From: the human T2T-CHM13v2.0 reference genome, Homo sapiens
Assembly (NCBI RefSeq): GCF_009914755.1
Contig: NC_060948.1
Direction: 5' to 3' (one strand)
DNA: 64,000 nt
The position numbers and the translations under genes are program-made. Shown here one piece after another: positions 58,783 through 64,000 of the stretch. The notes under the pieces are model-generated. The model saw nothing but the letters and a program-made list of their open reading frames with translations, was not told the origin of the DNA and did not search any database. Position 1 is the first letter of the stretch, and every line of letters begins with the position of its first letter.

Positions 58783-60700
58783 CCACGCTGTCTCACAGTC
58801 CAGAATGCTAGCCAGAGATCAAGCTTTCTGCAGTGCCTTGGCTGGGGCCCACAGATAAGGATGGCCAAGCAGTGCTCCCAGAAGCCAGCAGATGACATCA
58901 ATGAGTTTTACATCCTCCAGGCACTGAGAATCTCTGAACACCAGAAGTGTCCTCTGTTGCCAGAGCTGAACTCTCAAATGAAGACTCCAGAAGGCCCTGA
59001 AATGTGTGCAGCCTCCCATCATTGCCTGTCTGTGGCCAAAAGGACACAGACTCTTTCCATGGCTGGTGAGATATCTAGCACACTGGGGGCACTGGAAAGC
59101 CCCTTTTCAACTTTAGGCCTTAGCTGTGCTCTCCATTGACCTCAGGCCAGACACTGCACATTATGGGGGACACCGCTGGGTGCTGGGATGAGAATGGCAG
59201 TTGGCATGTGAGCTAGGATTGAGAGCCCACCACTCTCTTCCCCAGCCAGGCGGTGGGCAGTTACCATCTCTGGCTTCTGTGACCTTACCAGCCTCCTCTG
59301 CTACAATTGCATTTCTGGCAGGCAGTGGATCAGAGAAGCACTGGCAGTTGAGGACGATGTGGAGAACCACTACTGGCCAAGCATTCCCAACCTGACAGCA
59401 GAACAGAAGTACAGCAGTGCTGAGGTGAACTTGACGGAGAACTTTGAGACCATGAAGGCAACCATCACTTCCAACTCATCACAACCTGCATCTCCCACAG
59501 ATTTATTATAGAAGAACTCAACCATCTCTGTGTCAACAAGAAATGGTCCTCACTCTACACCATCACCCTTGGATTTCGATCATGGGGCTGTTCTGTCTTT
59601 AGTATGGAACTGAAAACTTTAATTTCCACAAAAATGTAAGGTTTTGGGCTACAGCCTTACTAAAACAAACAAATATGAGCATAATGGTCTACAGATGGAA
59701 TATCTGGGGCTCTAGACAAACTGCTACTTGAAAGTATAATCACTCTCTTTTTGTTTGTTTCTTTACCCTGGTAGGACAATGTCAGAAATTTCCTTGGTCA
59801 TACAGAATATAAAACATAGTTTCAACAAAAGCAGAATTAAAGCTACAAACTATTTTTGGTGTATTTGCTTAAGTATAAGATAGCTGATTGGGGCTTTATC
59901 TCATAACGTTAGTTTGCTTAGTTTTCATTAAGTTTGTTAAACTTAAATTGTGAATAAATATATGGCTGATTCATATTGTAATTAACCTGCACATTGACAT
60001 AAGCTGTACATTAAAAGTTGCTGCAGGCTGTCATCCAAAATAAAACTTATGTAAAACCAAAAATTCTATAAACCAATGTCAAGGAATGTAACCTAAAATA
60101 AAAATACAGTTAACATGGAATTGCAAAACTAGAATGGGTGAAATATTTACCCATACAATCTTGTTTGGAACATTGATATAACACTAGAAAAGAATTTTTC
60201 TAAATAACTACAATGTTCAACTCTGACTGTGCATCTGTGAAGACCAGGCATTTTGAATCATTGCTCTGTGGTGTGTGGCAGTACAATTTTACAGAAATGC
60301 ACTACAATAATTAATAAAATTCTCTAATGGGAAGATTTTAATGAATAAGTATTTACACTATAAATATTTATAATATTGGTGCTATTATTTCACAAAATAA
60401 AAAAGCTGTGTTACAGCCTTTAAAAGCAAATAATAGCCTTGCATTTCTAAATAAAGAAAAAATATAAATTTTATGAAATACGGTTAAGAGTAATTGAAAA
60501 AATAAAAATTGGGGCATAAATTATATTATAGTTTGGATAGAGGTTGAAAAAAGTGGACGAAAATTTTAATGAGCCCTTTTTGCCTGCACTAAACTTAATC
60601 TTATAGGTAAATATTATAATACATATAGGGTACCTACTAGCTGTCTAATTTACTTTTTACACAATGTATAAATCCTAGCCTATTGGTCTTAATATTTGAA
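58783..60700 (+). pseudogene. Candidate decayed coding segment plus AT-rich 3'UTR-like tail, parent unidentified
   Basis: Frame 1 from 58783 to TGA 59611-59613 has only 3 internal stops in ~276 codons, then an abrupt shift to AT-rich sequence with several AATAAA. Confidence 0.35.
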
Positions 60701-60769
60701 CCTAAAATAACACACAAACATACAAGAGAACAAAACAAGGAAGAAGTGTATGGAGACAGTGTCATTATC

Positions 60770-63185
60770 AAGGTGGTGGAATAGGGGGTCCCTACTTTTG
60801 TATTCCCCTGCAGCAATAAAAACTAGTCATCCATCCATCAACCAAAGTAACTTTATGAAAGATCCAGGCAAAGTGGCTCATGATAGTAATCTCCTCCATT
60901 CAGGAGCCTGAGGCGGGAGGACTGCCAGCCCAGGAGTTCAAGAACAGCCTGGGCAATATAGGGAGCTTTGGGATACAGGGCATTATGAAACCTTGCTAAA
61001 ACCCAAAATCGAGGAGAGTCATTTTGAGAAGGCAGGGCCTTTGGTTAACAAGGTGTCATATTATCCAAAGCAATCTCTCAGTTAACTCAAATCCCTATCA
61101 AAATCCCTGTCCCACTTTTTATGGTAATAGAAAATGTAAGTCTGCAACGTAGGCCGAATGGCCAAACCAATCATGCGGAATAAGAAAAAAGCTGGGGACA
61201 TCATACTCGTGACTCACAGGAAACAGTTCAAAAGTCACTGTTTGTAGATAACCTGGGGAAAACCTGCTAGGTACTCAGTGGGAGCCACACTCACCCACAC
61301 ATCTGTCATTAGGCCCAACATATAGCAGAACCTGCCCTAGTACCTGTCCCACAAAACAAAGCCCTGAGGACAATCCAGCCTGCCCCAAAACATGACAGAA
61401 CTCACAACCACACGTGCTCCTGGTAACAAGCCCACTAAAGGTAAAACCCACTTCAGATTCGGCAGCCACCTTGTGATGCAGCTACAAGCCTTTTTACTGC
61501 AAACCCAGTAAAGATCTCATCAGCCTTGAGACCCAACAGATGAAGATCTTTACCTACTAAAATGAGTTTATAAAAATGAACAGAGGTGGCTGGGCACGAT
61601 GGCTCACACCTGTAATCCCAGCACTTTGGGGGCCGAGGTGGGTGGATCAGGAGATCAGCAGTTCAAGACCAGCCTGGCCAAGATGGTGAAACACTCTCTT
61701 TACTAAAAATACAAAAATTAGCCGGACATGGTGGTTGGCACCTGTAATCCCAGCTACTCGGCATGCTGAGGGAGAGACTTGCTTGAATCTAGGAGGTGGA
61801 GGTTGCAGTGAGCCAAGATTGTGCCACAGCACTCCAGCCTGGGTGACAGAGCGAGACTCCATCTCAAAAACAAAACAACAACAACAACAAAAAATGAAAC
61901 GAGCTGTTTGCTCCTCCAAATGCGCAAACACCAATGCAAGTCTATATTATGCCCATTCTAACGGTTCTATTTTAACATAGAACTGGAAGTCCTACATAGA
62001 ATAATTAAGTCATACATCAAATAATTAAGCAAGAAAAACTAAAAGATTCAAATTGAAAAGAAGAAATAACGTCAGTTTGTAGATGACATAATGTTACATA
62101 TAAAAAACATAAATAGTACATTTAAATAATACATTTAATGCATCTATATATAAATAGTGCATCTAATAAATGCACTCAGTAAAGAAGTAGAATATACAAT
62201 TAGCATACAGATATCAGTTTTGTTTCCATATGCTAGCAAAAAACCAGTAAAAAAGAAAAAACAATCTCATTTACAATAGCAATGAAATAATAGATTTCTT
62301 AGCAATAAATTGAACCAATGTGGTGAAAGATCTTTACGATAAAAAATAAAATATATTGATGAAAAAAATTAAAGAAGATACAAATAAATGTAAATATATT
62401 ACATGTTTATGGATTAGAAGAATATTGTCTAAGTGCCATATTATCCAAAGCAATCTGTAGATTAATTTGACTTCCTATCAAAATTCCTGTGTTACTTTTT
62501 ACAGTAATAGAAAATAAAGTCTGCAATGTATAGAAAACTATAAGAAATATTGAATGGCCAAAGCAATCATGAGGAATAAAACGAAATCTGGGGACATTAT
62601 ACTTTATTATTTAAAACTACATTTCAAGACTACAGTAAACATAATAGAATAGAATGTTTATAGGAACCAACACAAAAACCAATGGAACAGAATACAGAGC
62701 CCAGAAGTAAATCTATGCATCTAGAGTTAATCTTTGACAAGGGCACTATGAATACGCAATACAAAAAGTGTAGCCTTTTCAATAGTTAGTGATGGGAAAA
62801 CTGGATACTCACAAGCACAATAATAAAACTTGATCATATTTCTTACATAAGACACAAAAATTGATGTAAAATAAAGACTTAAATTTAATACATAAATCCT
62901 TAAAAGAAAATCTTTAAAAAAGCATATGAAAAGCCTTCATGATACTGGCCTTGGCAGTGTTTTTTAAATATGATATCCAAAGTATAGCAATAAAACCAGA
63001 CACAAAGATGTAGTGTATTAAACTATTGTGCACAGCAAAAAATAAGAAAACATTTAAGATGGGAAAACACTTGCAAACCATATATGATAAGAGGTTAGTA
63101 TTCAAAATATAGCAGAAACTCATAAAAATCAGAAGCTAAACAATAATAATTATAATACCCAACTAAAAAGTAGGCAAAAGACTAA
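60770..63185 (+). mobile_element. Old L1M fragments (5'UTR-like then ORF2), with an Alu-monomer-like piece at ~60865-60960
   Basis: caaggtggtggaatagggggtcc 5' end; ORF2 pieces (tagaactggaagtccta; tttgtagatgacat; caatggaacagaatacagagcccaga). Confidence 0.75.
61588..61893 (+). mobile_element. Alu with (CAA)n tail
   Basis: ggctgggcacgatggctcac...; flanked by aaaaatgaa on both sides. Confidence 0.95.
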
Positions 63186-63186
63186 A

Positions 63187-64000
63187 CTTTTCTTATTATT
63201 ATTATACTTTAACTTTTAGGGTACATGTGCACAACGTGCAGGTTTCTTACATATGTATACATGTGCCATGTTGGTTTGCTGCACCCATTAACTCGTCATT
63301 TAGCATTAGGTATATCTCTTAATGCTATCCTTCCCCCCTCCCCCACCCCACAACAGGCACCGGTGTGTGATGTTCCCTTTCCTGCGTCCATGTGTTCTCA
63401 TTGTTCAATTTCCACCTGTGAGTGAGAACATGCGGTGTTTGGTTTTTGGTCCTTGCAATAGTTTGCTGAGAATGATGGTTTCCAGCTTCATCCATGTCCC
63501 TACAAAGGACATGAACTCATCCTTTTTTACAGCTGCATAGTATTCCATGGTGCATATGTGCCACATTGCCTTAATCCAGTCTATCATTGTTGGACATTTG
63601 TGTTGGTTCCAAGTCTTTGCTACTGTGAATAGTGCCACAATAAACATACGTGTGCATGTGTCTTTATAACAGCATGATTTATAGTCCTATGGGTATATAC
63701 CCAGTAATGGGATGGCTGGGTCAAATGGTATTTCTAGTTCTAGCTGCCTGAGGGATTGCCACACTGACTTCCACAATAGTTGAACTAGTTTACAGTCCCA
63801 CCAACAGTGTAAAAGTGTTCCTATTTCTCCACATCCTCTCCAGCACCTGTAGTTTCCTGACTTTTTAATGATCACCATTCTAACTGGTGTGATATGATAT
63901 CTCATTGTGGTTTTGATTTGCATTTCTCTGATGACCAGTGATGGTGAGTATGTTTTTCATGTGATTTTTGGCTGCATAAATGTCTTCTTTTGAGAAGTGT
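63187..64000 (-). mobile_element. L1PA 3' end (runs off window)
   Basis: L1PA 3'UTR and ORF2 C-terminus (IPFDPAIPLLGIYP; WHICTMEYYAAVKK). Confidence 0.95.

Noticed and set aside
63960-64000. Last L1 ends at the same sequence as the L1 at 56936
   Set aside because: That is only the window boundary

Overview
Primate (most likely human or great-ape) non-genic DNA dominated by transposable elements. I find no intact protein-coding gene; nearly all tracked ORFs are decayed L1/ERV/Alu frames or low-complexity artefacts. Main parts: (i) an old, near full-length L1MA-type LINE (~8.7-24.6 kb) hosting seven nested insertions, including a 3'-truncated L1PA, a complete MSTA provirus and a short CER satellite flanked by an 86-bp direct duplication; (ii) a decayed class I ERV (LTR-gag-pro-pol, ~25.6-33.4 kb) interrupted by a HERV-K LTR5 and a THE1 LTR, and cut off at an orphan promoter + exon 1 of a TUBB8-family beta-tubulin; (iii) a probable retrocopy 3' end, a young 5'-inverted L1PA2-like element, a short beta-satellite stub, a 34-bp minisatellite and a candidate decayed coding region at ~58.8-59.6 kb. 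CER, beta-satellite and TUBB8-family pieces together suggest a pericentromeric/acrocentric/subtelomeric segmental-duplication mosaic (inference). I cannot support a new multi-gene biological system; the notable items are structural insertion and junction signatures. Subfamily names come from recalled consensus sequences and boundaries without TSDs are approximate; both need Dfam/RepeatMasker confirmation.
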